A stretch of 64,000 nucleotides of DNA from Dehalococcoidia bacterium (GTDB taxonomy: Bacteria > Chloroflexota > Dehalococcoidia > SM23-28-2 > RBG-16-64-32): assembly GCA_963665775.2 (NCBI GenBank), contig CAXXTF010000002.1:160001-224000 (forward strand), given 5' to 3'. The notes below the pieces were generated by a model. It did not search any database. It worked only from the letters and a program-made list of their open reading frames with translations, and was not told the origin of the DNA. The position numbers were made by a program, and so were the translations under genes. Below, piece after piece: positions 31,920 through 42,011 of the stretch (its first letter is position 1; each line of letters opens with the position of its first letter).

Positions 31920-33192
31920 TGACCTGCCCCCCTAAACGCTACCACAGGCTATGTTAGTGTGGCCATCGCCGTAGTCTCCAGGGATGGCGCGGTGGAGCCC
32001 GGCCATGGCACGATCGCTTGCGGTGCTGGCGGCCGGTAGCCGAGAGCGCTATGCGGGCGCACCTCGTTGTAGTTCCGTCGCCACCGCTCGCAGAGGACCT
32101 GTGCTTCCAGCACCGTGTCGAACACCTCCCCATTCAATAGTTCATCACGTAGCTTCCCATTGAACGACTCGATGTAGCCGTTCTCCCAGGGGCTCCCGGG
32201 CTCGATATACAGAGTCTGCACGCCTACCCGCTCTAGCCAGGTCCGGAGCGCACGTGCCGTGAACTCTGGCCCGTTGTCCGAGCGCAGGTAGCGAGGCGTC
32301 CCGCGCTCGACGAAGAGCTGGGCCAGCTCTGCCAGCACGTCATCACTGGTGATCTGCCTCGCCACCTGGATAGCCAGGCACTCCCTTGTGAACTCGTCCA
32401 GCACCGTCAAGAGCCGCAGGGGACGGCCGTCGCTGGTGCTGGTAAACACGAAGTCGTAGCTCCAGACGTGGTTGGGCTCAGTCGGCCTGAGCCTAACGCA
32501 GGAGCCATCGGTCAGCCATAGCCGCCTCCGCTTCGGCTGCTTCGCCGGCACCTTCAGCCCTTCCCGCCGCCAGAGTCGCTCTACCCGCTTGTGGTTCACC
32601 CGAAAACCCTCCTCTCGCAGCAGGGCGGTCACCCGTCGGTAACCGTAGCGCCCGTACTCGGTCGCTAGCTCCACCATCCGCCTCAGCAGCCTCCCTTCAT
32701 CGTCGGGAGGAGAACCCCACCGCCGCTGCGTCGATCGCTCCTGCCCCAGAACCTGGCAGGCCCGGCGCTCCGAGACGACCGCGTGGCCCAACGCATTCCG
32801 CACCCAGGCCACCGCCTGCCGTCTCTTCGCCGGGCTCAGAAGTCTCCCTGCACCGCCTCCTTAAGGATGGCGTTGTCCAGGGAGAGGTTTGCTACCAGCT
32901 TCTTCAGCCGCAGGTTCTCCTGCTCCAGCTCCCGCAGCCGCTTGGCCTGCTCCCTCCTCAGGCCGCCATACTCCTTCCGCCAGCGGTAGTAGGTCTGCTC
33001 TGCCACGCCCAGCTTCCTGCAGACCTCTGGCACGGCCAGGCCCTTAGCCAGCCCAACCTCCGCCTCCCTCAACTTGTTGATGATCTCCTCTGCCGTGTGA
33101 CGCTGCCTGCCCAAGCCTTCTGCCCCCTTTCTCTGGTCCAGAACCCCTGATTACTAACATTGGGCCTGGACTCGTTTTCGGGGGCAAGGTCA
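31920..33192 (-). mobile_element. IS3 family (IS407-like) element, copy 2
   Basis: 1273-bp near-identical copy of 24371-25643; orfA 32836-33114 intact; slip site reads GGGAGAC. Confidence 0.93.
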
Positions 33193-33429
33193 GAGGAGGA
33201 TGGCGCCGAGGTACTGCGTAAAGTCCAGGAGGCTCGGCAGCGACCAGGGGAGCACGGCGACATGCAGCCCCTCAATGTCGCGCTCGCTTCGCCAAATCAC
33301 GAAGTACCCGAAGAAGGTCTGAAAAGCCAGTGCGGCCACCACGGGCAGCAGCAGGAGATAGGGAATCCAGCGTTTACGTACCTTTAGTAGTTCGGCGGCC
33401 AGTACGTTAGCCGTCGGTATTGGTGTCAC
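33193..33429 (-). pseudogene. ABC-2 type permease truncated by IS3
   Basis: AELLKVRKRW N-terminus followed by a TM segment; ends at the IS boundary. Confidence 0.75.
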
Positions 33430-34387
33430 CGGTGACTTCCAGGAAGAACTGCTCCAGGCTACCCTCGCGGGGACGTAGCTCGGACAGGTATATCTGATGC
33501 TCGGCCAGGACCCGGCTTAGCTCCGCCGCCCGTTCCCGCGGCGCCTCGACCACCAGACGGTCGTCCTGCCGCTTGACGCCGCCGCCCACCCAGTCCAGGT
33601 CATTCAGCACCTGCACCGCCTTGTCTGGGTCGGTCACCTGCATCTCCAACGCCTCGCCCTGGCGCCGCAGCGTCGTAATTGACTCCTGGGTGAGGAGGTG
33701 GCCCCCTTTGACGATGCCTACGTGGTCGCACATCTGCTCCACCTCACCCAGCAGGTGGCTGGACACGAAGACCGTCTTCCCGATCTGAGTCAGCTCTCTG
33801 ATTAGTTGCCGGAATTCGCGCATCCCCGCCGGGTCTAGCCCGTTGGTGGGCTCGTCCAGGACTACGAGCTCTGGATCGTGGACGAGAGAGGCGGCCAGAC
33901 CCAGCCGCTGTTTCATCCCCTGCGAGTAGGTGCGCATCTTGTCGCGACTGCGGCTCAGTAGCCCCACCAGCTCCAGGACCTCGTCGATCCGCTTGGCTGT
34001 TGCGCCGCCCGACAGTGCCGACCAAACGCGCAGATTGTCGCGGCCCGACAGGTGAGGGTAGTACGATTGCCCTTCCAGGAGGGCACCCGTGCGACGCAGC
34101 GCTTCGGACAAATGCGTCCGCGTATCCAGGCCGAACATCTCCACGTGGCCGCGTGTGGGTGCGATCAGGCCCAGGATGAGCGCGATGGTGGTCGTCTTGC
34201 CGGCGCCGTTAGGGCCCAGGAAGCCGTAGACCTGACCGCGGCGGACCTCCAGGTTCAAGTCGTCCAAAGCCAGCAGCCGTCCGTACCGCTTGGTCAGGCC
34301 CACCGTCCGGAGGACGACATCGAGGTCACCACCTGGCCTACCAGCGGCAGGCAGCGCAGCCTCAGGGCTTTGGGTCCGCCGCGTCAC
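33407..34387 (-). CDS. ABC transporter ATP-binding protein (BcrA-like)
   Basis: GPNGAGKTT, YSQGMKQRLG and LDEPTNGLD motifs; GTG start at 34387 is inferred. Confidence 0.9.
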   Translation of the reverse strand: MTRRTQSPEAALPAAGRPGGDLDVVLRTVGLTKRYGRLLALDDLNLEVRRGQVYGFLGPNGAGKTTTIALILGLIAPTRGHVEMFGLDTRTHLSEALRRTGALLEGQSYYPHLSGRDNLRVWSALSGGATAKRIDEVLELVGLLSRSRDKMRTYSQGMKQRLGLAASLVHDPELVVLDEPTNGLDPAGMREFRQLIRELTQIGKTVFVSSHLLGEVEQMCDHVGIVKGGHLLTQESITTLRRQGEALEMQVTDPDKAVQVLNDLDWVGGGVKRQDDRLVVEAPRERAAELSRVLAEHQIYLSELRPREGSLEQFFLEVTGDTNTDG

Positions 34388-34930
34388 GACCCCAACGGAG
34401 ACCGGATTACAGCGCAAGTGACGATAGTCCCGGCCCCAGCGTTTGGCGGTGGCCCCTTTGAGCTCAACGCCGTGGGGTTCGTCGGCGGTTCGATCCACTT
34501 TTTTAAGAGTTGGCAGGGCAGAGAGTTGGCGCCCGTGGTACACACCGCTACCTTCGAGGTCACCGACAGCGGGAACAATGCGGTGACTGCCCAAGGCACG
34601 ATACCCGTCGGCAAGACCGATACCGATAGCTTCATCCTTCTGTCCTTTCCGGATCGCGGCCCTCTCCGCTTGAGCCACTAATTACCCTACGGCGATTATA
34701 CGTCGGATTCCCGCCTCGGGAATCGGTCAACTCTCCCCGTGGGGGCTCGAAATACATCCGTATCTGCGAGGGTCCCATCGCTACAGGCCCTCTCCCGGAA
34801 TATCTGCCCCACGACAAGCAGACACTAAGTCTGCATCGTGTGCGCCTGAGCCGTCACTCTTAGAGGGTCATGCCACGTTGACGCTCGAGAACATCTCGCC
34901 GGTCATGACGAGCGTGCGGTCGCCCCCGGC

Positions 34931-36415
34931 CTAGCGCCCCAGATCTGCGGACGGCGCTGGCCGGGGCGTGGGTGTGGCCGCCGGGGTGGGCTCCGGCGCT
35001 GGCGACGGCGATGGCGGCGGCGGCGGCGTGGCCGCTGGCAACGGCGTCTCGCTTGGTAGCGGGGCCGACGATGGCGTCGGCGAGGGCGCCGGCGGGGTCG
35101 ATCGGCTCTGCTCCGGAGTAAGTGTCGGGGATGGCGCGGGCAGCGGCGCCGGTGGACGGGGCGCAGGTGGTGGTGGTGGTGGCGGTGGGGTCGAGGGCTC
35201 CGTTTCCAGCCGGTAGGTGGCGTCGAACCAATCCCAGACGATGCCCGAGAGCCAGCTCCCGAAGGCGTATCCGGTCGCCTCCGTTCGCGCCCGCTGTGAA
35301 AGGTAGGTGATGGCGTATGATTTCTCCTCACCGTCGGCGCCTGTGAAGGTTACGAGTCCGGCATCGTTGTTCACCCAGCCATCCGTATCCCAGTAGTAGC
35401 CGATTTTGTGGGCCACCGTGGCGGCCGAGGGCAGCCGACCAGGCAGCATATAGTTGAGCCCCGGCTTGATCTCCCGTAGACGTGAGAGCGTGTAAGCCGT
35501 CCACTCCGGCTCGAACATCTCGCCGCGGTAGAGCCTCGTAAGGACGGCGTTTGTCTCCAGGGCGGTGAGCAGGTTGTTCTGGCTGCCGTCCCCATAGTAG
35601 GGGAGGTGATCGAATATGGACGCCTCCATCCCCCAGGAGCGCATCATCTCGCCGGCCTGCGCAACGCCCGTCCAGTGCGAGCCGAACACCGTATCGAGCA
35701 GCTGCTTCACCTGCGGTGGATAGCTGTGGCCGATGCCGACGGCGATATTGTAGGCGACGGGCGAAGGGCTGGCCCGACCCGCCTGGAACTCATCCACGGC
35801 CGCGAACAGGGCGAACATGTTGATCGTGCAGCCGGTGCGCTGGGCGACGTTCCCGCTAATCGAGATGGTCTGGTCGGTTTGCAGGTCCGTCACCGCTATC
35901 GCCACCTCAATGTCGCCAGCGAGCGCTCGGTAGGCCTCGATCTGTCCGGCCAGAGTGTCCCTCAGGGCCAGGAACTCGGTGGAGGGGTCCACGTTCTCTG
36001 CGATGTCTCCCAGGGTTGGCGCCGCCTGCGGTCCGATCGGCTGGTCGCCGCCAGCGGTCACCAGGGTCGGTGCGTTCGCCGGACCGGGCGCTAGCGGGAT
36101 GGGGGACCGGGTCGGGATGGGGGTGAGCGTCGGCGAGAGCGCCGCTGCCGGCTCGCCCGCTGGGCTGGCGACGGCGGAGACCAGGGCCAGCGTCCCCGCC
36201 GTGGCTGTCAGGGCGGCCACCAGCGTGCCCAGGCCCAGGGCCAGCCTGCGCACTCTTGTCCGGCGCTTTCCCGGGCCTGCTCGCGCTGGCTCTGGCCTCG
36301 CCATCCCGGCTTCCCGCCGCTCCAGCCTGGGCCTAGCACGGTCCAGCAAGAGCCAAAGAAACAGCGCCGCCAGCAGCGCTAGGAACAGGAACCCGCTGTC
36401 CTTGCCCAGTTTCAA
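34931..36415 (-). CDS. Class A beta-lactamase-like serine hydrolase fold protein with Pro-rich tail
   Basis: IAVTDL.T, LLTALET..VL..LY.G, AHKIG and NDAGLV motifs; N-terminal TM segments; PTP/PSP tail. Confidence 0.75.
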   Translation of the reverse strand: MKLGKDSGFLFLALLAALFLWLLLDRARPRLERREAGMARPEPARAGPGKRRTRVRRLALGLGTLVAALTATAGTLALVSAVASPAGEPAAALSPTLTPIPTRSPIPLAPGPANAPTLVTAGGDQPIGPQAAPTLGDIAENVDPSTEFLALRDTLAGQIEAYRALAGDIEVAIAVTDLQTDQTISISGNVAQRTGCTINMFALFAAVDEFQAGRASPSPVAYNIAVGIGHSYPPQVKQLLDTVFGSHWTGVAQAGEMMRSWGMEASIFDHLPYYGDGSQNNLLTALETNAVLTRLYRGEMFEPEWTAYTLSRLREIKPGLNYMLPGRLPSAATVAHKIGYYWDTDGWVNNDAGLVTFTGADGEEKSYAITYLSQRARTEATGYAFGSWLSGIVWDWFDATYRLETEPSTPPPPPPPPAPRPPAPLPAPSPTLTPEQSRSTPPAPSPTPSSAPLPSETPLPAATPPPPPSPSPAPEPTPAATPTPRPAPSADLGR

Positions 36416-37130
36416 TTGTTGCGATCCCTCTGACTACGCTCCACTTCTTCGTAGAGCATGGCAGCCAGGATCATCCGGTCGACGAGGAACGACTGGCGTG
36501 TGGCCTCAGTCATGAAGGCCTCCGGATGATGACAGCACCTATCATGCTATGTAGAACGCGGGCACGCGATGTCAGTTTCAGGTGCGTCCCGCTGGGCTGG
36601 TTGCTTGCTGTCCCAGTGGTTCTGTCAGATCTCAGGGCTCAAGCGCCGCCAGGACCGTGTTCCTGGCCTCACGACGCCCGCCCTCAGATTCGGAGGGGGT
36701 CGGTTTCTCGCCCTCCAGCATGCCCCGATATGGCTCAAGCCCTGAGTTCTGACAGATCCCGAAGAGTAAATGACTGCTTAGGCCTGCCACCTAGCCGGAG
36801 TCAAGGCGCCAAAGGTTCGCGCTGGTGGCTGCCAATGCCGCACAGTTGCCGAGAACGTGGGAGAAACGGGGAGCGAATCGGCCGGACCTGCCCGAATCTG
36901 GCTCGAGGGAGCGCCTGGCACACACTAGAACGAGCGAGGTGCTGTGCACAGGCGCTCTGACTATTGCCGCCCTACAGGATAACCGACGGACCTTTTCAGA
37001 CACATAATATGGCCAAGAAAATCATTCAAAAGCGTATAATTGGGTCCAGACAGATGAATTTCGGCAACCTTCTCGGTCATCTCGGGCGGAAGCAAGGCGT
37101 CCGTGACCGACAGTTTGTAGCTATAGCCGA

Positions 37131-38579
37131 GTGACAGGTGAGAAGCGGCCGTTGACACAGACCGACGAAGCAGGCTCCGAGCGCCGGTCGATAATTTGCC
37201 GCGTCTGCGGCACGGTTAACGGATACGGCAAGACCTTCTGTCAGGACTGTCGGAGCCGATTAGAGGCCGGGCGTGTGGTTAGCGAGGGCGAGGCGTTGCG
37301 CCATGATGCAGCTCAGGAGCGCCGCGCCCGCCGGGGACGCTGGCGTCACCGCGTTCTTGTGTGGCTGCTGACCGGCTCAGTAGCTGGCCTTCTGGCAATT
37401 TTCCTTGCCCCAGCGCCGTCTTCGCCCCTGCCGTCCGGATCCACAATGACCAGCTCTAGTTCTAACCCTGGCGAATGGGCAATGTATGGCTATGACCTGG
37501 CACACACGCGATCTATGCCGGAGCAGCAGCCTCACTCAGGTCGTCTAAAGTGGTCCGTCAACCTGGAAGCATCGCTCGTCGCGGCCCCCGCCGTGGTCGG
37601 TGGCTTGGTTTATGTCGCCACCAGCGACAGTCGAGCCGTAGCCTTGGATGTAACCAGCGGGGCAGTGCTCTGGGAGACGCCGCTGGGGGCACCGGCCAAC
37701 GGCACGCCGGCGGTGGACAGCGAGAGGCTCTACGTTGCCCTGGCTAATGAGCGTTTGACGGCCCTGGACAGGGAGACGGGAGAAATCCTGTGGTCGTTTC
37801 GGGCGCCCGGCCCTCTTGAATGGTCACCGGTAGTGGTGAATGGGGCGGTCTATGTGCTGAGCGCCGTCGCCGGCCGGCTGACCGGCGTGGATGCTGTGAC
37901 AGGAGAGAAGTTGTGGGAAGGGGACGTTAAGAAGAGCTGGCCGGGTTCCGCGGTGACCTGGACTGGCGACAGGATGCTGGTGGCGACTGGCGACCAGATT
38001 TTCTACTTTGATGTCGGTTCTGGCGAGAATTTCTTCACCTACCATCTTGCGCTGGGGAACGTGGTGGGCGCGCCGGCAGTGCTGGAGCGCACGGTATATG
38101 TCGCCGTTGACATCGGCACCATTCTGGCGCTGGCTATCGACGCGAAGGTGCCCTTCTGGGAGCGCCCGACTCGAGGCATATGGGGGAATCTTTACGTCTT
38201 GGGTCTGGCACCGCGACCACCAGTGTCCAGCGGTCTCATGTGGTTCTACTTCGTAGGCGAGTCCCTGCTGGCACCGCCAGCTGTAACCGAACGGGCTCTC
38301 TACTTTGGCACTCGTAACGGCAAAGTGGTGGCTTTGGACCTAGAGTCTAGAGAGCCGAGATGGACATACCAAGGTGCAGGAGCCGTCCTGGGTGCTCCGG
38401 CCGTCGCTGGCGACACGCTCTACGTAGGAGCAGGCGATCACCTCTACGCACTTAGCTCTGACACGGGCGACGTGAGGTGGAGCTTCCAGACTGCAAATAG
38501 GATCGGTAGTGATGTCGTGATCACAGCGGAAGCGATTTACGTGGTCGATGAAGGGGCGACCCTCTACGCAATCGAGTAG
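37131..38579 (+). CDS. PQQ-binding-like beta-propeller protein with N-terminal zinc ribbon and TM
   Basis: CRVC..N...FCQDC; W.MYGYD..HT; repeated ALD..TG...W blades. Confidence 0.85.
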   Translation: MTGEKRPLTQTDEAGSERRSIICRVCGTVNGYGKTFCQDCRSRLEAGRVVSEGEALRHDAAQERRARRGRWRHRVLVWLLTGSVAGLLAIFLAPAPSSPLPSGSTMTSSSSNPGEWAMYGYDLAHTRSMPEQQPHSGRLKWSVNLEASLVAAPAVVGGLVYVATSDSRAVALDVTSGAVLWETPLGAPANGTPAVDSERLYVALANERLTALDRETGEILWSFRAPGPLEWSPVVVNGAVYVLSAVAGRLTGVDAVTGEKLWEGDVKKSWPGSAVTWTGDRMLVATGDQIFYFDVGSGENFFTYHLALGNVVGAPAVLERTVYVAVDIGTILALAIDAKVPFWERPTRGIWGNLYVLGLAPRPPVSSGLMWFYFVGESLLAPPAVTERALYFGTRNGKVVALDLESREPRWTYQGAGAVLGAPAVAGDTLYVGAGDHLYALSSDTGDVRWSFQTANRIGSDVVITAEAIYVVDEGATLYAIE

Positions 38580-38719
38580 GCGCTATTCGCCAGTGAGCCA
38601 GGTGGAAGCGGCCAACGTACCATCTGGGCGTATTCCCTTATGTTCGCCGTCAGCAACTTCCGGAATCTGTGTAAGCAGAGCGCGTCGCGGCGGTTTGCAG
38701 GCTAGCGAGGCGCCTGCGG

Positions 38720-39188
38720 CTAGCTTTGACGGAAGCCCAAGAGACCGCAGATCGTATTCGGAAGCTAGATGCTGATCACTTTGCTCCACCTGCCACACTG
38801 TGCCGGGTTAACCTACTCACGGCTGGAGCTTCGGTCGGCCGGCATCCTCGGGCCGCGGCATCGCTTGGCGACGGACGCATAGATCGCTGCCTACGCAGGT
38901 GTGGCTCCCCACGACGCATCATCGGTTGGCCCGTTCGTCATCGCCTGAATCGAGTCGCAGGCTCAATGCTTTCCTGTACTGCATCGACCTCACCCAGGCA
39001 CACCACTTACCTGAGACGCGAGCAGATCTCGAGCGACGCTTAGGGGGAAGGGAAGACTCCCCGCGAGTCGGTCCGCGCTCTCAGGCGCTTCACCATTCGG
39101 GCCATCTGGCGGCTCTGGCAAGATGTTCCTCGTCTCCTTACAAGCTCCATTCAGCCCGGGCCGATTGAGCACTGATATAGGAGCGTCA
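38720..39188 (+). pseudogene. IS110 family transposase remnant
   Basis: Multi-frame LTAGA, AAYAGVAP..ASS, RHRLNR and RRLNA.LY.I.LTQ motifs. Confidence 0.65.
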
Positions 39189-39273
39189 TTCAGTTTCTTA
39201 TTGTGATTACACGTGGTATTCTTGCGCCGCACGTTGTGGCTGGGCTCTGTGTAACATCCCTGGGAGGTGCCAA

Positions 39274-40443
39274 TTGGATTTTAGCTTCACGCCAGAGCAA
39301 GAGAAGTTCCGCAAGGAGATTGGGCGCTTTGTCCAAGAGAACACGACGCCAGAGTTCCGCGCGGAGAGGCGAGTTCCCATGACGGCTCCTGGCCCTGAGA
39401 CGCTAGCGATGCGTCGGAAGCTTGGCGAGCGCGGGTATCTGGGCATCGGTTGGCCCGAGGAATACGGTGGACAGGGACGTCCAATAGACGATCAGTTCGT
39501 ATTCTACGACGAGATGGAGAAGAACGACATCGATTTTGGTGGCATGACTGTCACCTCCTTGGGAATGGCTCTAGTCCGCGTCGGCTCGGAGGAGCAGAAG
39601 AAGGAATTTCTTCCTAAGATCCTTCGGGGAGAGGTCGAATTCTGCATAGGCTACACGGAGCCGGATGCGGGAACCGATCTGGCTAGTCTCCAGACCGGGG
39701 CCGTGCGAGATGGCGACGAGTACATCATCAATGGGCAGAAGGTCTTTACGACTTTTGCGCATCACGCGACGCACATATGGCTGCTAGCGCGGACGGATTC
39801 TGCGGCGCCCAAACACAGGGGATGTTCACTATTCCTGTTCCCTATGAGCACACCAGGGATAACTGTCCGGCCGCTCTTTACTATGGGTGGCGGCAGGACC
39901 AATGAGGTCTTTCTCGATAACGTTCGTATTCCTGCCGAGTGTCTCATCGGTGAGGAGAACCGCGGATTCTATCATGTCGCCGTGGCGCTTGACTTCGAAC
40001 GCATAACCATCGGTCATTATTCTGCCTTGCGGCGAGATTTGGATCAGCTCATCATTTTCTGTAAGGAGTTTAGCGTCGACGGAAGTTGCCTATTCGATGA
40101 TCCGGCTGTGCAGGATCGGTTGGTCCAATTCCACATCGAAGTCGAGTTGCTCCGACTCATGAACCATAAGGTGGTGTGGATGATCGATCAGGGGCTAGTG
40201 CCGAACGTGGAAGCCTCAGCCCAGAAAATTTGGGGCTCGGAATTGCGGCAGCGCATGGCCAATGAGGCATTGCAGCTGATGGGCTTGTTTGGGCAGCTTG
40301 ACAGGAATTCGCCCTACGCTCCGATAAATGGCAAATATGTGACCAGTTGGCTGCAAAGTCCACTGGGGCGGTTTGGTGGGGGAGTGAATGAGATACAACG
40401 CGACATCATCGCTCGAAGAGGCTTGGGGCTGCCTCGTAGCTAG
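39274..40443 (+). CDS. Acyl-CoA dehydrogenase (catalytic subunit type)
   Basis: GYTEPDAGTDLASL, NGQKVFT, LDFER and GG.NEIQRDII motifs. Confidence 0.93.
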   Translation: MDFSFTPEQEKFRKEIGRFVQENTTPEFRAERRVPMTAPGPETLAMRRKLGERGYLGIGWPEEYGGQGRPIDDQFVFYDEMEKNDIDFGGMTVTSLGMALVRVGSEEQKKEFLPKILRGEVEFCIGYTEPDAGTDLASLQTGAVRDGDEYIINGQKVFTTFAHHATHIWLLARTDSAAPKHRGCSLFLFPMSTPGITVRPLFTMGGGRTNEVFLDNVRIPAECLIGEENRGFYHVAVALDFERITIGHYSALRRDLDQLIIFCKEFSVDGSCLFDDPAVQDRLVQFHIEVELLRLMNHKVVWMIDQGLVPNVEASAQKIWGSELRQRMANEALQLMGLFGQLDRNSPYAPINGKYVTSWLQSPLGRFGGGVNEIQRDIIARRGLGLPRS

Positions 40444-40481
40444 GCCAAACGTCCAACGGATAGCTTTGGGAGGCACGCTAC

Positions 40482-41609
40482 ATGAATCTGCAACTCGATG
40501 AAGAGCAGCAACTTCTTAAGAACTCAGCAAGGGATTTCCTTGAAATGGAGTGTCCGACATCGCTTGTTCGTCTGATGGAGACGGATGAGGTCGGTTTTCC
40601 GGCCGACCTCTGGCGGAAAATGTCGGACCTCGGATGGCCGGGTTTCCCGTTCGACGAGGCATATGGAGGTGTTGGCGGAAACCTCATTACTTTGGCCGTG
40701 CTTCTGGAGGAACTGGGCCGAGTTTGTGACCCGACCCCCTACTTCTCCTCAGTTGTCGTCGGCGGACTCACCATTGGCGACGCCGGCAGCGAGGCTCAGA
40801 AAGAGGCGATCCTCCCCAGGCTCTTCAATGGCACTCTACTTATCACCCTGGCACTCGTTGAGGGTCCTGAAGAGTACAGCCCCAAGGGCATTACGGCCAA
40901 TGCGACGAGGTCGGGGGACGGATTTGTCATCAACGGAAAGAAGCTCTTCGTTGAGAATGCCCACATCGCCGATTACGTCCTTACGGCCGTGCGAACAAGC
41001 GATGACCGAGACCAGTCCAAAGGGATAACTCTTTTTTTGGTCGACAAAGACGCTCCTGGACTCTCCCTCAAAAGGCTCTCGACTATCGCCGGCGATAGGC
41101 AGTATGAGGTGCTCTTCGATGGCGTGGAGGTACCTCCCGACCGAGTGGTGGGAGAGCCGGACAACGCATGGCCGCTTCTCTCCAACGTGATCAACAGATC
41201 TGCCGCCCTTCAGTGTGCAGCCCAGGTGGGAAACGCGAAGAAGGTCCTGGACTTGACGATCGATTACGTGAACATGCGTATACAGTTCGGAAGACAGATC
41301 GGCAGCTTTCAGGCTGTTCAGCATAATTGCGCCAACATGTGGATGGATGTGGAAGCGGCCTGGCTAGCCACTTATGAAGCGATCTGGCGATTGAGCGAAG
41401 GCCTGCCTGCAGATGAACAAATCTCCATAGCCAAGGCTTGGACAGGAGACGCCAACACTCGTGTCTGCCTAACCGCTCACCAACTTCACGGAGGTGTCGG
41501 GTTCATGCAGGAGTATGATCTGCAGCTGTGGACACGTAGAGCCAAGGCTATGGAGCTCAAGTGGGGCACGCCTCGTTTTCACAGGAAGAAACTTGCCGGC
41601 ATGCTATAG
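40482..41609 (+). CDS. Acyl-CoA dehydrogenase (partner subunit type)
   Basis: LEELGR, R.QFGR.IGSFQAVQH and QLHGGVGF.EY motifs. Confidence 0.92.
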   Translation: MNLQLDEEQQLLKNSARDFLEMECPTSLVRLMETDEVGFPADLWRKMSDLGWPGFPFDEAYGGVGGNLITLAVLLEELGRVCDPTPYFSSVVVGGLTIGDAGSEAQKEAILPRLFNGTLLITLALVEGPEEYSPKGITANATRSGDGFVINGKKLFVENAHIADYVLTAVRTSDDRDQSKGITLFLVDKDAPGLSLKRLSTIAGDRQYEVLFDGVEVPPDRVVGEPDNAWPLLSNVINRSAALQCAAQVGNAKKVLDLTIDYVNMRIQFGRQIGSFQAVQHNCANMWMDVEAAWLATYEAIWRLSEGLPADEQISIAKAWTGDANTRVCLTAHQLHGGVGFMQEYDLQLWTRRAKAMELKWGTPRFHRKKLAGML

Positions 41610-41666
41610 CCGCAGGGCCCCGCTTGTCGTCTCCTGGATTTCTTTGAAACGAGTAAGGAGAGGACC

Positions 41667-41894
41667 ATGTCAAGAGTCAAAGATACCGTTTGTGGTAGAG
41701 ATCTCGATACGGATCTTATCGACACCCCAGTCGGGCAGACTCGGTTTGGTGCGGCGGAAGTTGACCCAGCGATGGGCACCAAGCGCTTCCATGAAGGTGC
41801 TTGGTACTACTTCTGCAGCCTAGCCTGCCGCGGCAAGTTCGGCTCCAACCCTTCCTTGTACCTACAGGGTGACCAGATCGGACGGGATGGGTAA
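41667..41894 (+). CDS. YHS/TRASH domain protein
   Basis: KD.VCG...YYFCS..C..KF..NP..Y pattern; AGGAGAGG RBS. Confidence 0.8.
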   Translation: MSRVKDTVCGRDLDTDLIDTPVGQTRFGAAEVDPAMGTKRFHEGAWYYFCSLACRGKFGSNPSLYLQGDQIGRDG

Positions 41895-42011
41895 TTCACG
41901 CTTCGTATGCAGCCGCTCCAGGTTGGCAGTGGGGGGAAGAGCGGCAGTCGTCAGGGTTTGACGGAGCGTGGCGGGTCAACCAGATGCTTTGAGAAATAAG
42001 GAGAGCGGGGC

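Noticed and set aside
24371-33192. Composite transposon bounded by the two IS3 copies
   Set aside because: No shared outer target duplication, and the cargo is truncated at both inner ends
34940-35200. GGC/GGT-rich repeats
   Set aside because: They simply encode the Pro-rich tail of the minus-strand protein
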